64,000 nt of DNA, taken from Myxococcales bacterium. GTDB lineage: Bacteria > Desulfobacterota > Binatia > HRBIN30. The position numbers were made by a program, and so were the translations under genes. The notes beneath the pieces were generated by a model, which was not told where the DNA came from, searched no databases, and worked only from the letters and a program-made list of their open reading frames with translations. The stretch lies in assembly GCA_037445065.1 (NCBI GenBank), contig JBBILD010000012.1, positions 32,001 through 96,000 of the forward strand, in the 5' to 3' direction. Below, one piece after another: positions 19,501-29,518 of this stretch (the stretch's first letter is position 1; each line of letters starts with the position of its first letter).

Positions 19501-20565
19501 TTACGGGCCCGGGTCACTGGCCTCGACTGCAGTCCAACGCGCCGCGTCGTCGCAAGCAGCGTCGCGCCCGCCCCAAAGCAACGTCAAAGCACGCGCCTCG
19601 CGCATCCATTTTTCGACTGGGTGGTCGCGCAGGAACCCGTGTCCGCCCAAAAGCTGGACCGCATCGCGGGTCGCCCCGAGCGCAAGTTCGGCAGCCTCCA
19701 GGTAAGCGAACGCAGCCAGCAACGGAACCTGGCCTTCCCCTTGATCCCAGGCGGCGGCCGCTCGCCACAGCAGCGCGCGTGCCGCCTCGATGCCGATCCG
19801 CATGTCCGCCAATTCAAAAGCCGGCGCCTGATGATGCGCAATCGGTTTCCCGAACACCACCCGCTCGCAGGCGTATCTCAGCGCGTACTCGTGCGCGGCA
19901 CGCGTGAGGCCGAGCAACAGGGCTGCAAACTCAAGGCGCAAGAGGGCAGAAAAACGCTCCACCATGTCTTCTGCCTCGAGCAGCGCTACCGCTTCTGCCG
20001 CCTCCAGCGACACTTCACTAGCGCCCGCCGCATGCAGCGCTCCTGGCGCCACCGGCTGCAGCACGAGCTCGTGCGCCGAGAAGATGGCTAGCAACGACCC
20101 GCTGCGCAGGATGAGCCAATGAAGCGGATTGGCCGGGAGATACGGGATCCGTCCGTGCCAGCGCGAGGCGCTTCGCTGTACGCAGCCATCGCGGTCCCAG
20201 AACACCGCCGCGCGCAGTTCCGTGCGCAACAGATCCCCCTGCAGCCGCACCTGCGCGCCTTCGGGCAACGCTCCGACAAGCGGAATGAGCCAGCCCCGGC
20301 TCTCCAGCGCGAGCGTGCTCGCCGCATCACCCCAGGCAAGCTCCTCGAGCGCCACCACTTTTTCGACTGCACCGGCCCCGACTCCGCCCTCCGCAACGGG
20401 TGCTTGCATGCGGGGGAAGCCAATCTCTCCGTAGGCGCGCGCACACCCCTCGCTGAGCCCGTGTTGCTCGTGTTCGCGCTGGTGCGCCCGCAGCCGCGAC
20501 TCGGCAAAGGATCGGGCAGTCTCCCGCAGGAGTTCTTGTTCGCTAGTCAACGCAAAGTCGAACAC
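19501..20565 (-). CDS. Acyl-CoA dehydrogenase family protein (short, probably non-catalytic partner subunit)
   Basis: FDFALTSEQ, YACERVVFGKPIAHHQ, AVQLLGGHGF..HPVEKWMREAR; lacks the TEP and C-terminal EG motifs. Confidence 0.88.
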   Translation of the reverse strand: MFDFALTSEQELLRETARSFAESRLRAHQREHEQHGLSEGCARAYGEIGFPRMQAPVAEGGVGAGAVEKVVALEELAWGDAASTLALESRGWLIPLVGALPEGAQVRLQGDLLRTELRAAVFWDRDGCVQRSASRWHGRIPYLPANPLHWLILRSGSLLAIFSAHELVLQPVAPGALHAAGASEVSLEAAEAVALLEAEDMVERFSALLRLEFAALLLGLTRAAHEYALRYACERVVFGKPIAHHQAPAFELADMRIGIEAARALLWRAAAAWDQGEGQVPLLAAFAYLEAAELALGATRDAVQLLGGHGFLRDHPVEKWMREARALTLLWGGRDAACDDAARWTAVEASDPGP

Positions 20566-20585
20566 GCGCTCGCTCCCTTGTCCCC

Positions 20586-21194
20586 TCAGCGCTCGTAGGC
20601 GAACGCACAGATCATGTACATTTGCGCCTCTCCGCTGCCGACGTTCTCCCAGTAGTGCGGCACGTCGCCTTTGAGGTGCAGCACGTCACCTGGTCCTACC
20701 ACGTAACTCCTGCCGCGAATGTCGAAGCGCACCCGGCCCTTGACTCCAATCACGATCTCCTCGCCGCGGTAAACGATCGGCACTTCCCGCCCACTCTTTC
20801 CGCCCGGACCAACGCGAATCAGATACCCCTCCATGCGCGGGTTCACGAGCTTCTCAGCAACGTGCTCGATCACCACTGGCACCCCGCGCACTTCGCTCAC
20901 CCTCGCCTGCCCCCGCGGCACGAAGCGCACGTCGTCGTGCGGCGGATCCTCTTCGGCGAAATAACTGATCGGGCGCCCGAGGGCCTCGGCCAGGCGGATG
21001 CACACCGCCAGCGAGGGGACCAATTTGCTGTTCTCGATCTTCAAGATCGTGCTCGGGGCCAGCCCGGCGCGCTCGCCCAACTCTCGCAGTGTAAGCCCAG
21101 CTTCCTCCCGGGCACGGCGAAACTTCTCTGCCGCCTGCCGCAACGAGGTCCGCACCCGCTGTTCCTCGACCACTCGACGGATCTGCTGCGCCAT
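20586..21194 (-). CDS. XRE-family HTH transcriptional regulator with cupin domain
   Basis: GLTLRELGERAGLAPSTILKIENSKLVPSL; C-terminal GEE..GPGD..PHYWEN. Confidence 0.92.
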   Translation of the reverse strand: MAQQIRRVVEEQRVRTSLRQAAEKFRRAREEAGLTLRELGERAGLAPSTILKIENSKLVPSLAVCIRLAEALGRPISYFAEEDPPHDDVRFVPRGQARVSEVRGVPVVIEHVAEKLVNPRMEGYLIRVGPGGKSGREVPIVYRGEEIVIGVKGRVRFDIRGRSYVVGPGDVLHLKGDVPHYWENVGSGEAQMYMICAFAYER

Positions 21195-21221
21195 GTTTCC
21201 CCTGTACATCATCGGAAACGC

Positions 21222-21239
21222 TGTTGTCAATACGCAACA
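21222..21239. promoter_or_regulatory. Candidate operator (TGTTG-N8-CAACA) overlapping a minus-strand TTGACA
   Basis: TGTTGTCAATACGCAACA in the divergent intergenic region upstream of the XRE regulator. Confidence 0.4.
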
Positions 21240-21339
21240 AGGAACTGACTCCGAGTGGGGGTTCTGTGGGCGTGGACCGAGGCCACATCCCCGACGGCGC
21301 CAAAGCGAGCGCCTCTTCCGGCCCCGCCTCCGCTGCGAT

Positions 21340-22347
21340 ATGGAGCGGCGAACGACGGTCGGGGAGAGACTGGCAGTGGCAAAACCGCGCGAGGAACTGC
21401 AAGTAATCGTCAACCCTGCTGCCGGGGCAGGCCGCACCGCGCGGCGCTGGCCGCGTTTGCGGGAAGAACTCCTTGCCCTCGGCCTGCGCTGCGCGGCCTA
21501 TCTCACCGAGGGGCCCGGTTGGGCGACGCGTAAGGTGCGCGAGCTGTTGCGCGCCGGGGCGCGCGAGATCGCGGTGGTGGGCGGCGACGGAACCGTCAAC
21601 GAAGTGGCGAACGGCTTTTTCGAGAACGGCACACCGCTCGCGCCCGAGGCGGTGTTGTCGGTGTTGCCGTCCGGCACCGGGCACGATTTCGCGCGCAGCC
21701 TGGGGATCTCCTCCTTGCGGGCTGCCCTGCGGGCGTTAGAGAGCGGTGAGGTTCGCTCCATTGACATCGGTGCGGCCACCTTCCGAAACGGTGGCGAGAC
21801 CCGCGCGCGGTACTTCGTGAATGCGGCGGATGTGGGGCTCGGTGCGGCAGCCGCGGCGCGCGTGAACCGGTCGCGCAAGTTGGTGGGTGGACTTCTCACT
21901 TACATCGCCGGGGCCATCGGGGCGCTGGTGTCCTTTCGCTCACAGGCGCTGCGGGTCACGGCGGACGGCGAAACGCTCCTGCAGGGCCCGAGCGACATGG
22001 TTTTGGTTGCCAACGGCCGCTTCCACGCCGGGGGGATGCGGATGGCGCCGGTGGCAGACCTGAGCGACGGCTGGCTCGAAGTGTACGCTCTTCGCCACGT
22101 GTCGCGCTGGAGACTGTTGCTCGAAATCCTGCCACTGGCGGCTCTCGGGCGCCACGTCGGTCACCCGGCGCTTTGTTACCGCCGGGCGCGGCACGTGGAA
22201 GTATCGTGCGCCTCGCCGCTGCTGTTCGAAATGGATGGCGAGCAGCCAGGAACCACGGATGTGCAGATCCGCGTGGTCCCTGCTTCGCTTCGCGTCCGCG
22301 CGGCAGTACTCAATCCGCAGGAAGTGGTTCCCGGTGCGGTAAGCTGA
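21340..22347 (+). CDS. Diacylglycerol kinase family lipid kinase (YegS/BmrU-like)
   Basis: IVNPAAG, VVGGDGTVNEV, PSGTGHDFAR, EMDGE. Confidence 0.93.
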   Translation: MERRTTVGERLAVAKPREELQVIVNPAAGAGRTARRWPRLREELLALGLRCAAYLTEGPGWATRKVRELLRAGAREIAVVGGDGTVNEVANGFFENGTPLAPEAVLSVLPSGTGHDFARSLGISSLRAALRALESGEVRSIDIGAATFRNGGETRARYFVNAADVGLGAAAAARVNRSRKLVGGLLTYIAGAIGALVSFRSQALRVTADGETLLQGPSDMVLVANGRFHAGGMRMAPVADLSDGWLEVYALRHVSRWRLLLEILPLAALGRHVGHPALCYRRARHVEVSCASPLLFEMDGEQPGTTDVQIRVVPASLRVRAAVLNPQEVVPGAVS

Positions 22348-24895
22348 GGAGAAACGTCGCCGCTTCGTGCGCGCGCACGAAGGCACGTAAATACGGAAAA
22401 TCGAAGTCCGCGGTACCGCAGGAAGTGCGGCCATCGAGTCGCGTACGTTCCACGGCGGCGACCGGAAAGCCGAAGCGCACGCGCACTTCCTGCCCGCTGT
22501 CGGTCGGATTCAGGATCCGAAGCATGAGTGCAGACTCTGTCCACGGCCGGAAGGCACTCAACACCACGCTCAACGGCTCGATCTCGAGCAAGCTTTCGCC
22601 TGCAGCAAGGCCGGCGCCGGAACCCGCGATCACCCCCCACAAACCGACTTCCGCGTCCAGTGCTCGGCGCGTGTCCACGCCAGGCAGTAGGTGCAGCGAG
22701 GCGGATTGGCGTCCGCGACACTGCGCCCCTGGCGTGGGAATCATCGGCCCGGCTAGTTCCGCCCGCGTCGCCAGACCAGGTAAGGACAACCAGCCGACGG
22801 CGCGAACGAGTGTGATGGCGATGGTCCCATCGCTGCGCACCTCGGCTTCCGGCAGGCCCGGAGCGACCACGGTGAGACCGTTGGCGTGAACCCAGCCTTG
22901 GTGGGGAATCGTGCACGGTGCGGGGTGAACCCACGTCGCATCGTCGGCCGGCTCGACTTTCCAGCGGGCAATGTCGAACGTCGAGGCAGCCAAGAATTCC
23001 CGGGTCGGCTTTCCGCTCGGAAACAACAGGCGCAGGCGATGGTCGTCCGCCGTGTTGTCCCAAGCGACCTGCACGTCCACCCGCTCGAGTTCAGGCAGGA
23101 GTCGCACCCGGATCCACAGCGGCAGGGTGACCTCTTGCTCGCCCCGCCGCTCGCGATCGGCGGTGAGACCCATGGGTAGGCGCAGAACCTGGGCGATTTC
23201 GAGGATCTGGATTCCACTGCGATGCCGCCGGCGCGTGATGCCCAGCGACTCGAGGGTCACCTTTCCACCAGGGGCGGGGTCGAAATCATACGTGTCGCCG
23301 CGGTCGCCCTGATCTTCGGTGGCGGCCAGCCCGGAAAACACCGTCCCATCGGCAAAGCGCACGCCGAACGTGCCGTCGTCGTCCGCCCAAACGCGCACCA
23401 AACCGTTGGTGATTTCCCGACCCGAGTCCTCCGCGTCCGGTTCTGCTTCGTTGGTCGGTCGAAGCGGCAGCCGCACACAGCCAAAGGGCGGGACGTTGCG
23501 GACGAAACACTCGAGCGCCAGCGGGGAACGATCCACACTGAGGCGCGTGCGAGCCGCCCCCTCCTCGTTCACGAGGCGTGCCGGTTGGCCACATACGCTG
23601 AACCCCGCGTGAACGACCGAGGCGGCCAGCAGCGGATGCACCGCAATCGCGTGCTGGGCGTCGTCGCTGAAGTCAATCCACGGTTCCGCATCGAGCGGAA
23701 TCCGGACCACGTCACTGCGCCAATGCGGCGAAGGGTTGAACACGACGACTTCCCATGGCTCGGTGGCGGGCGTGCGGCGCGCCACAGCATGGCCGGCAAA
23801 GCGCTCGAGGACACGGCGCGTGGTCTCCCGCGCCAACTCTTCGGCGGCCGCAAAGCGATAGCGCATCTGCTCGTGGACCTGGTCTTGCGAGCATCCGCAA
23901 ATGGAGTCGTGGGCGTGATTTTGCAGCAACCAGCGCCAGGCGCAGCGCAGGGCGGCACGTTCGTCGAGCTGCAAGCAGGCTAGGGCCAGTGCGGCCCACG
24001 GCTCCGCCCAAGCAAGCAACAGCGACTCACAACGGCGGTTGTACTGTTTCAAATGAAGGCGGCTAGACCAAACGCCTGGCAGCAGGTTCGCCACGCGCGC
24101 CCCCAACATCGCGCCGCGAACCTGCTCCTGCGGCTCAGGCAACGCGGCTGTGAACTCATCCAGAGTAGCGACCTGCACCGGTGCCCCGAGTTCTGCCGAG
24201 AGCGCCTGCGCGACAGCACGGACGTGCGGGTCCGGCGGCGCGTGGTCAATCCCGTTCATCAGCACAACCGCACCACTGCGGCTCTCGCGCCCCAGACGCT
24301 CCGCTACCGGGACGAGAAAGCGCACCGCCTCGCTCACCTGACTGGGAAGGCGTGCGGCGCTGAAATACCCGAGGCGCAGGTGGTGCGCGCACACCGTGCT
24401 GCCATCCGGGGCCTGCCAGGCGAATTCCGCCGGCAGCCGATCCAGCTCGCTTCCCAACCCTCTCCAAGACACGAACCAACGCAGCCCAAAGCCACGCAAA
24501 ATCTGCGGCAACTGCGCCGGATGGCCGAAGGAGTCGGGTGTATACGCGACCCGAGACGGCGGACCGAAGGCGCGCGCGACGCGCTCGCCTTCTTCTAGAT
24601 TGCGGATCAGCGACTCGCCGCTCGGCAGCAGGGTGTCCGGCTGCACGTACCAGGGCCCGACCGCCAAGCGGCCATCGTGGATGAGGCGCGCCAGCGTCGC
24701 AGCGCGCCGCGGTCGCAGTTCCAGATAATCTTCGAGTACAATGCTTTGGCCGTCGAGCACAAACCGGTCCTCGGGATCGCGTTCCAAGCGCTCCAGGACG
24801 AGCTCCACCGCGTCCACCAAGCGTGCACGAAACTCCTGGAAGGTGCGGTACCACTCGCGGTCCCAATGCGTGTGACTGACCACAAAGTACCGCAT
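22310..24895 (-). CDS. Glycoside hydrolase family 38 (alpha-mannosidase/mannosylglycerate hydrolase-like)
   Basis: SHTHWDREW, LDGQ, GPWYVQPD, PDSFGH, HDSICGCS, DDHRLR. Confidence 0.93.
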   Translation of the reverse strand: MRYFVVSHTHWDREWYRTFQEFRARLVDAVELVLERLERDPEDRFVLDGQSIVLEDYLELRPRRAATLARLIHDGRLAVGPWYVQPDTLLPSGESLIRNLEEGERVARAFGPPSRVAYTPDSFGHPAQLPQILRGFGLRWFVSWRGLGSELDRLPAEFAWQAPDGSTVCAHHLRLGYFSAARLPSQVSEAVRFLVPVAERLGRESRSGAVVLMNGIDHAPPDPHVRAVAQALSAELGAPVQVATLDEFTAALPEPQEQVRGAMLGARVANLLPGVWSSRLHLKQYNRRCESLLLAWAEPWAALALACLQLDERAALRCAWRWLLQNHAHDSICGCSQDQVHEQMRYRFAAAEELARETTRRVLERFAGHAVARRTPATEPWEVVVFNPSPHWRSDVVRIPLDAEPWIDFSDDAQHAIAVHPLLAASVVHAGFSVCGQPARLVNEEGAARTRLSVDRSPLALECFVRNVPPFGCVRLPLRPTNEAEPDAEDSGREITNGLVRVWADDDGTFGVRFADGTVFSGLAATEDQGDRGDTYDFDPAPGGKVTLESLGITRRRHRSGIQILEIAQVLRLPMGLTADRERRGEQEVTLPLWIRVRLLPELERVDVQVAWDNTADDHRLRLLFPSGKPTREFLAASTFDIARWKVEPADDATWVHPAPCTIPHQGWVHANGLTVVAPGLPEAEVRSDGTIAITLVRAVGWLSLPGLATRAELAGPMIPTPGAQCRGRQSASLHLLPGVDTRRALDAEVGLWGVIAGSGAGLAAGESLLEIEPLSVVLSAFRPWTESALMLRILNPTDSGQEVRVRFGFPVAAVERTRLDGRTSCGTADFDFPYLRAFVRAHEAATFLLSLPHREPLPAD

Positions 24896-24913
24896 CGCGC
24901 CTACTACGTCCTC

Positions 24914-26110
24914 TTACTTCAAGCGCGCCACCAGGCGGTGCCCCTGCACCGTCTCCCGCCACGCTTGCTCCACTTGGCTGTGCTCCAGCGCGAGCAAGCG
25001 CGCCCCGACCTCGAGTGGTGAGGGCAGTCCGAGCACGGCGGCCTCTGCCAGCGCACAAGCCAACTCCAGGCGGTCTTCGATCAGCATTGCCTGGCGATAG
25101 CGGACTTTCTTGCGGGCGTGCTCGACTTCCTCGCAACTGAAACCGTCGCGCACCGTCCGCTCACAAATTCCATTCAGGACTTCTTCGAGTTGCCCGACTT
25201 GCTTGAGCGCGGTGCTCGAACCCATGGTCACGACCGCCCAGTCGGGCCCCCACTGCAGAGAACCAGACACATCGTAACCCAGGCCGAACCGCTGGCGGAC
25301 TTCCTGGAAAAGAATGCTGTCGGGACCGCCGGCAATGAGTTCCAAAGCCAAGCTCGTCGCCAGTAGAGCGTCCAATTCCAACGGCGGCGCCAGAAACAGG
25401 ACCACAAAGCCTACGCTCGAGCGACCCCGGTGTTCGACCAGCCCTCCGTTGCCAAGGCCGACGGCCGGCGTTTGCGGCGGATCCGCTGGATCGTGCCTTA
25501 CAAAATGTCTCTCCACCGCTTCCCGCACTTGCTCGAGCCCTACGCCTCCAACCACAGCCAGTACCGTTTTGGCGTGCAAAAAGTGCGTGCGCAGAAATTC
25601 CAACACGGCCGCGCGCGAGGTACGGCGCACGCTGCTCAGCGACCCGCAAATGGGATGAGCAATCGCGCCAGAAAAAAACGTGCACCAGGCGTCGCGGTGC
25701 AGCACCTCTACCGGATCGCTGTTGCGCCCGCGGATTTCGTCCAACACCACCAGTCGCTCGGAGCGAAAGCGCTCGGGCGGCACCTGGCTGTGATAAAACT
25801 GCCCGGCGAGCACCCGCACCCCGGCATCCAGGTTCTCGTTGAACACGTCCAGGGTGAGCGCCATTGTTTCGTAATTGGTGTTCGCATTATGGTTGCCGCC
25901 GAGCCCCGCAGCCAGCCGGTTTAGAGCAAGCTGGTCCAGCTCCGCCGTGCCTTGAAACAGCATGTGCTCGGCCAGGTGCGCAATGCCCGGGTGTAGGCCG
26001 TCGAACCGAGCCCCGGCGCGCACGGTCAGCGACAACGCAGTCAGCGGCCCTGGCTGGTACACGTAAATCACATGCAAGCCATTGTGAAAAAAGCGCTCCT
26101 CCTGCCCCAC
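24914..26110 (-). CDS. M16 family zinc metallopeptidase
   Basis: GIAHLAEHMLFQG (HxxEH), NANT, ERLVVLDEI, LFQEVRQRFGLGY; start taken as the GTG at 26110. Confidence 0.9.
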   Translation of the reverse strand: MGQEERFFHNGLHVIYVYQPGPLTALSLTVRAGARFDGLHPGIAHLAEHMLFQGTAELDQLALNRLAAGLGGNHNANTNYETMALTLDVFNENLDAGVRVLAGQFYHSQVPPERFRSERLVVLDEIRGRNSDPVEVLHRDAWCTFFSGAIAHPICGSLSSVRRTSRAAVLEFLRTHFLHAKTVLAVVGGVGLEQVREAVERHFVRHDPADPPQTPAVGLGNGGLVEHRGRSSVGFVVLFLAPPLELDALLATSLALELIAGGPDSILFQEVRQRFGLGYDVSGSLQWGPDWAVVTMGSSTALKQVGQLEEVLNGICERTVRDGFSCEEVEHARKKVRYRQAMLIEDRLELACALAEAAVLGLPSPLEVGARLLALEHSQVEQAWRETVQGHRLVARLK

Positions 26111-26120
26111 CGTGTACCCT

Positions 26121-26726
26121 TCAGACCTCGCTCTCTTGCAAGTAAGATCGGGCCGCGTTCCACTGTCGTTGGTCAATGTGACCACTGGCCAGCAAGGCCG
26201 CCAGCAACTCATCGACTTTCAGCACGCTGTGCAAGCGCAAGCCGCGTTCGGCCAAAGCGGCGGCTGCGTTGCGCGAGCGGTCCACCACCACGAGAATGTC
26301 TTCCACGACCACGTGGTGCTCACGCAACAGGGCCACGGCCTCCTCCTTTGCTCCGCCGCTGGTAATCACGTCATCAATCACCAATGCCCGATTGCCCGGC
26401 TCGAAGCGGCCCTCGATCGTTCGCGCGGTGCCGTATCCCTTGGCTTCCTTGCGCGGGTAAATCATCGGGCGATCCATCTCCAATGCTGTCGCCAGTGCCA
26501 GTGGTAGGCCGGCGTAAGGAATCCCAGCCAGAACGTCGAACGGGATCGTATTTGCCTTCTCGGCCAGTGCAACCGCGAGCCGGCGCAAGGCACGCGGGTA
26601 CGACACGATGCTTCGCAAGTCAATGTAAAAGGGGGAGGTACGGCCGTCCTTGAGGCGGAAACTGCCGAAGCGCACCGCTCCAATGTCAGCGAGAAGCTGA
26701 GCGACCTCCGCTTGGCTTCCGTTCAT
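26121..26726 (-). CDS. pyrE: Orotate phosphoribosyltransferase
   Basis: FGSFRLKDGRTSPFYIDLR, RKEAKGYG, VIDDVITSG. Confidence 0.94.
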   Translation of the reverse strand: MNGSQAEVAQLLADIGAVRFGSFRLKDGRTSPFYIDLRSIVSYPRALRRLAVALAEKANTIPFDVLAGIPYAGLPLALATALEMDRPMIYPRKEAKGYGTARTIEGRFEPGNRALVIDDVITSGGAKEEAVALLREHHVVVEDILVVVDRSRNAAAALAERGLRLHSVLKVDELLAALLASGHIDQRQWNAARSYLQESEV

Positions 26727-28459
26727 GCTCGACCTTGCGCACGGGCGCGGTAGCGGCCCCAGGCCGCAAAGGCAACCAGCAGCAGGCTTGCGGCCCATCC
26801 GGAAAAAGAGGACGCCTGGTTCGCTCCCTCGATGCGACAACTACAACCTCCACCGCCGTCGCCAGCGGCGGCAGTGCGGGTCGCAGTTGGGGTACTCGTC
26901 GTGGTGGGCACCGGCACGGTTGCTGTGGCCGTGGGGAGAGGCACCGTCGGAGATGCGGTAAAGGTAGGCGCGAGGGTAGCGGTCGGTGAAGCTGTGTGAG
27001 TCAGGGTCGGCGTCCGCAACGACTCGGTCGCTGACGCAGTTGGGGTGGGAGAGGCTTCTGTCGTCGCCGTTGGCACTGCGGTCTCGGTTGGAGTAGGCTC
27101 TTCGAACACCTTGCTGTACAAAGGGTTTTCCGTGACGTAGGCATCCACCACGTTGTCCGGGTCATCTGCCGTGAGGCGAGCGGCAGAAAGAAACGTCACC
27201 CGCCGCCCATCGGCGCTCACCGACGGCAGGAAACTATCTCCGTCCGCGGCACCGCCGGTGGCTGGCTGGCTCAGCAGAACGACTTCGCCGTCGGCCAGGT
27301 CCACCACGAACACGTCTACCCCGGGCCAGCGATCACCCGCCGCCAGGTTGCTGGCCGCAGACTGAAAGACGAGAAACCGTCCGGAGTCGTCGAGACTCGG
27401 GGCCAGGGCGGGTGCGTTGGCCACCTCGCCGCTTTGACTGCGCGAGGCAAGGAAGGTGCGCCCCAGCGCGCGGTCACGCACAAACACCTGCGTGAGGCCG
27501 GTGGTGTCTCCGTCCAGGTTCGACGCACGAGAAAAGAAGGCCACCCAACGGCCATCCGCGCTCATGGCCAAGTTGGCGAGCTCCAGTTGCGACGGCCCAT
27601 TGGCTTCTTCTCCCGCGCTGCTCACACTCACTCGTTCGATCGCGCCTGTGCAGCGATCGCGAACGAACACGTCGCGCACTTGGTTCCGATCGCCCGGCAC
27701 CAGATTCCCCGCATCCGAAGCAAACGCCACCAGACAACCATCTGCGCTGATTGCTGGGCCCAGGCTCGGTCCGTCCGCCGTCCGTGTTTCCGGTGCACCC
27801 AGAGACGTGTAGGTCACGACCTCGATGGCTCCCGTTTCTCGATCGACCACGAAAATGTCGCTGGCTTCGTTGCGGTCGTTGGGAGCAAGATCGTCGGCGC
27901 GCGATGCAAAGGCGATCCAGCGGCCCTCACCGGAGTCAACCGCAGGGGGAAGATCCGGTAAGGCGCCGCCGCCGCGGCCGCTTTGCGATAAGCTCAACGC
28001 ACGCGTACGGCCGCTAGCGCGGTCGAAGAGAAACAGGTCGGGGCTGCTGTTGAAGTCGCCCGTGACCAGGTTATTTGCCGCCGAACCGAACACCGCAAAG
28101 CGCCCGTCGCGGCTCAGCGATCCCGGGAAACTCCCCTCGTTCGCGTCTCCACCCAAAAATGACCCGCTCACACGCTCGATCACGCCCGCTTGCCAGTCGG
28201 CCACGAAGACATCGGATTTCCCATTCCGATCCGCTGGCACAAGGTTGGAAGCGACCGACAAGAACAGCACCAAGCTCCCGTCTCCATTCGGGCGAGCATG
28301 TAAAACCGGGCTGTCGAGGCTGCCGCCGCCCGGTGGGACACTGACACGGCGCACCTGCGGGGCCTCGCTTGCCACTGCCGCGCTTCCGAACACGAAGAGG
28401 CAAGCGAGGCTCACCACTCCGACCCGCCACTCGACTCGCCCCGACCACGCTCGCCACAT
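26723..28459 (-). CDS. Secreted TolB/PD40-like beta-propeller protein with Pro/Thr linker and Gly-rich CxC (MYXO-CTERM-like) anchor
   Basis: Repeated SADGRxVAFxSxAxNLVxGDxN..DVFVRD; PT-rich linker; GGGGCSC + hydrophobic segment + Arg tail. Confidence 0.88.
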   Translation of the reverse strand: MWRAWSGRVEWRVGVVSLACLFVFGSAAVASEAPQVRRVSVPPGGGSLDSPVLHARPNGDGSLVLFLSVASNLVPADRNGKSDVFVADWQAGVIERVSGSFLGGDANEGSFPGSLSRDGRFAVFGSAANNLVTGDFNSSPDLFLFDRASGRTRALSLSQSGRGGGALPDLPPAVDSGEGRWIAFASRADDLAPNDRNEASDIFVVDRETGAIEVVTYTSLGAPETRTADGPSLGPAISADGCLVAFASDAGNLVPGDRNQVRDVFVRDRCTGAIERVSVSSAGEEANGPSQLELANLAMSADGRWVAFFSRASNLDGDTTGLTQVFVRDRALGRTFLASRSQSGEVANAPALAPSLDDSGRFLVFQSAASNLAAGDRWPGVDVFVVDLADGEVVLLSQPATGGAADGDSFLPSVSADGRRVTFLSAARLTADDPDNVVDAYVTENPLYSKVFEEPTPTETAVPTATTEASPTPTASATESLRTPTLTHTASPTATLAPTFTASPTVPLPTATATVPVPTTTSTPTATRTAAAGDGGGGCSCRIEGANQASSFSGWAASLLLVAFAAWGRYRARAQGRA

Positions 28460-28549
28460 AGAGCCCTCCACAAGGATGCGCCGCATAGCACAGCGTGATT
28501 CGCCGGCACAATGTGGCGCGCACGTCGGAAAGCGCTAGTACAAGCCCCG

Positions 28550-29518
28550 ATGCAAGCGCGAAACGTGTGGCCGCGGACGCAAGCGGGCCTCGAGGAGGCG
28601 GTGACGGTGGACCGCCTCGTGCACCGCTACGAAGATCGGGTGGCGCTACAAGAGGTGAGTTTTTCGGTACGCCGGGGCGAGATTTTCGCGCTACTCGGCC
28701 CGAACGGGGGGGGCAAGACGACCCTCTTCCGAATCTTGGCTACGCTGCTGCGGCCGACCGCTGGCAGTTTTTCCATTGCCGGTGTGCCAGCACAGCAGGC
28801 GCATGAGGTGCGCCGCCACTTGGGAGTAGTCTTCCAGAACGCGAGCGTGGATCCGAAACTCACGGTGTGGGAGAACCTGCTTTGCCACGGCCAACTGTAC
28901 GGCCTGCGCCGCACCACGGTGGCGGAACGGGCCAGCGAGTTGCTCGATCGGTTCGCTCTGCGCGAGCGGCGCGACGATTTGCTGGAGACCCTCTCAGGCG
29001 GCATGCAGCGGCGGGTGGAGCTAGCCAAGGCGTTGCTGCACCGGCCACCCGTGTTGCTCCTCGATGAACCGAGCACGGGCTTGGATCCCGGCATCCGGCG
29101 CGAGTTTTTTGCTCTTCTGCAAGAGTTGCGCGCCCACATGGAACTCACCGTCGTGCTCACCACGCACTTTATGGAAGAGGCGGAGCGTTGCGATCGGGTA
29201 GCCATCTTGCACCGCGGCAGCCTGGTCGCGCTCGGAAGCCCAACGGAACTGAAAGCAGCAGTGGGTGGAGACGTGCTGATGCTGCAGGGTTCGGACCCCG
29301 CCCGCCTCGCCGAGCGCCTGCGGCAGGAGTTAGGACTGGCAGCACGCGTGGTGGACGGTGCCGTGCGGGTCGAACGAGCGCAGGTGCATGAACTCGTGCC
29401 GCGCATTGTGGCGGCTCTGGGCGACGATCTCACCTCGGTCACCTACGGCCGCCCGACCTTGGAAGACGTGTTCGTGCACCACACCGGGCAGCGCTTTTGG
29501 ATCGAGGAGCCGCGATGA
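28550..29518 (+). CDS. ABC-2 type transporter ATP-binding protein
   Basis: GPNGGGKT, LSGGMQRR, LLLDEP, TTH; start uncertain (28511, 28550 or 28601). Confidence 0.93.
   Translation: MQARNVWPRTQAGLEEAVTVDRLVHRYEDRVALQEVSFSVRRGEIFALLGPNGGGKTTLFRILATLLRPTAGSFSIAGVPAQQAHEVRRHLGVVFQNASVDPKLTVWENLLCHGQLYGLRRTTVAERASELLDRFALRERRDDLLETLSGGMQRRVELAKALLHRPPVLLLDEPSTGLDPGIRREFFALLQELRAHMELTVVLTTHFMEEAERCDRVAILHRGSLVALGSPTELKAAVGGDVLMLQGSDPARLAERLRQELGLAARVVDGAVRVERAQVHELVPRIVAALGDDLTSVTYGRPTLEDVFVHHTGQRFWIEEPR

Noticed and set aside
22310..22347. 38-bp convergent overlap of the lipid kinase and GH38 genes
   Set aside because: Short 3' overlaps are common in GC-rich genomes; no further signal.
26870..27100. 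Low-complexity DNA repeats
   Set aside because: They encode an ordinary Pro/Thr linker.
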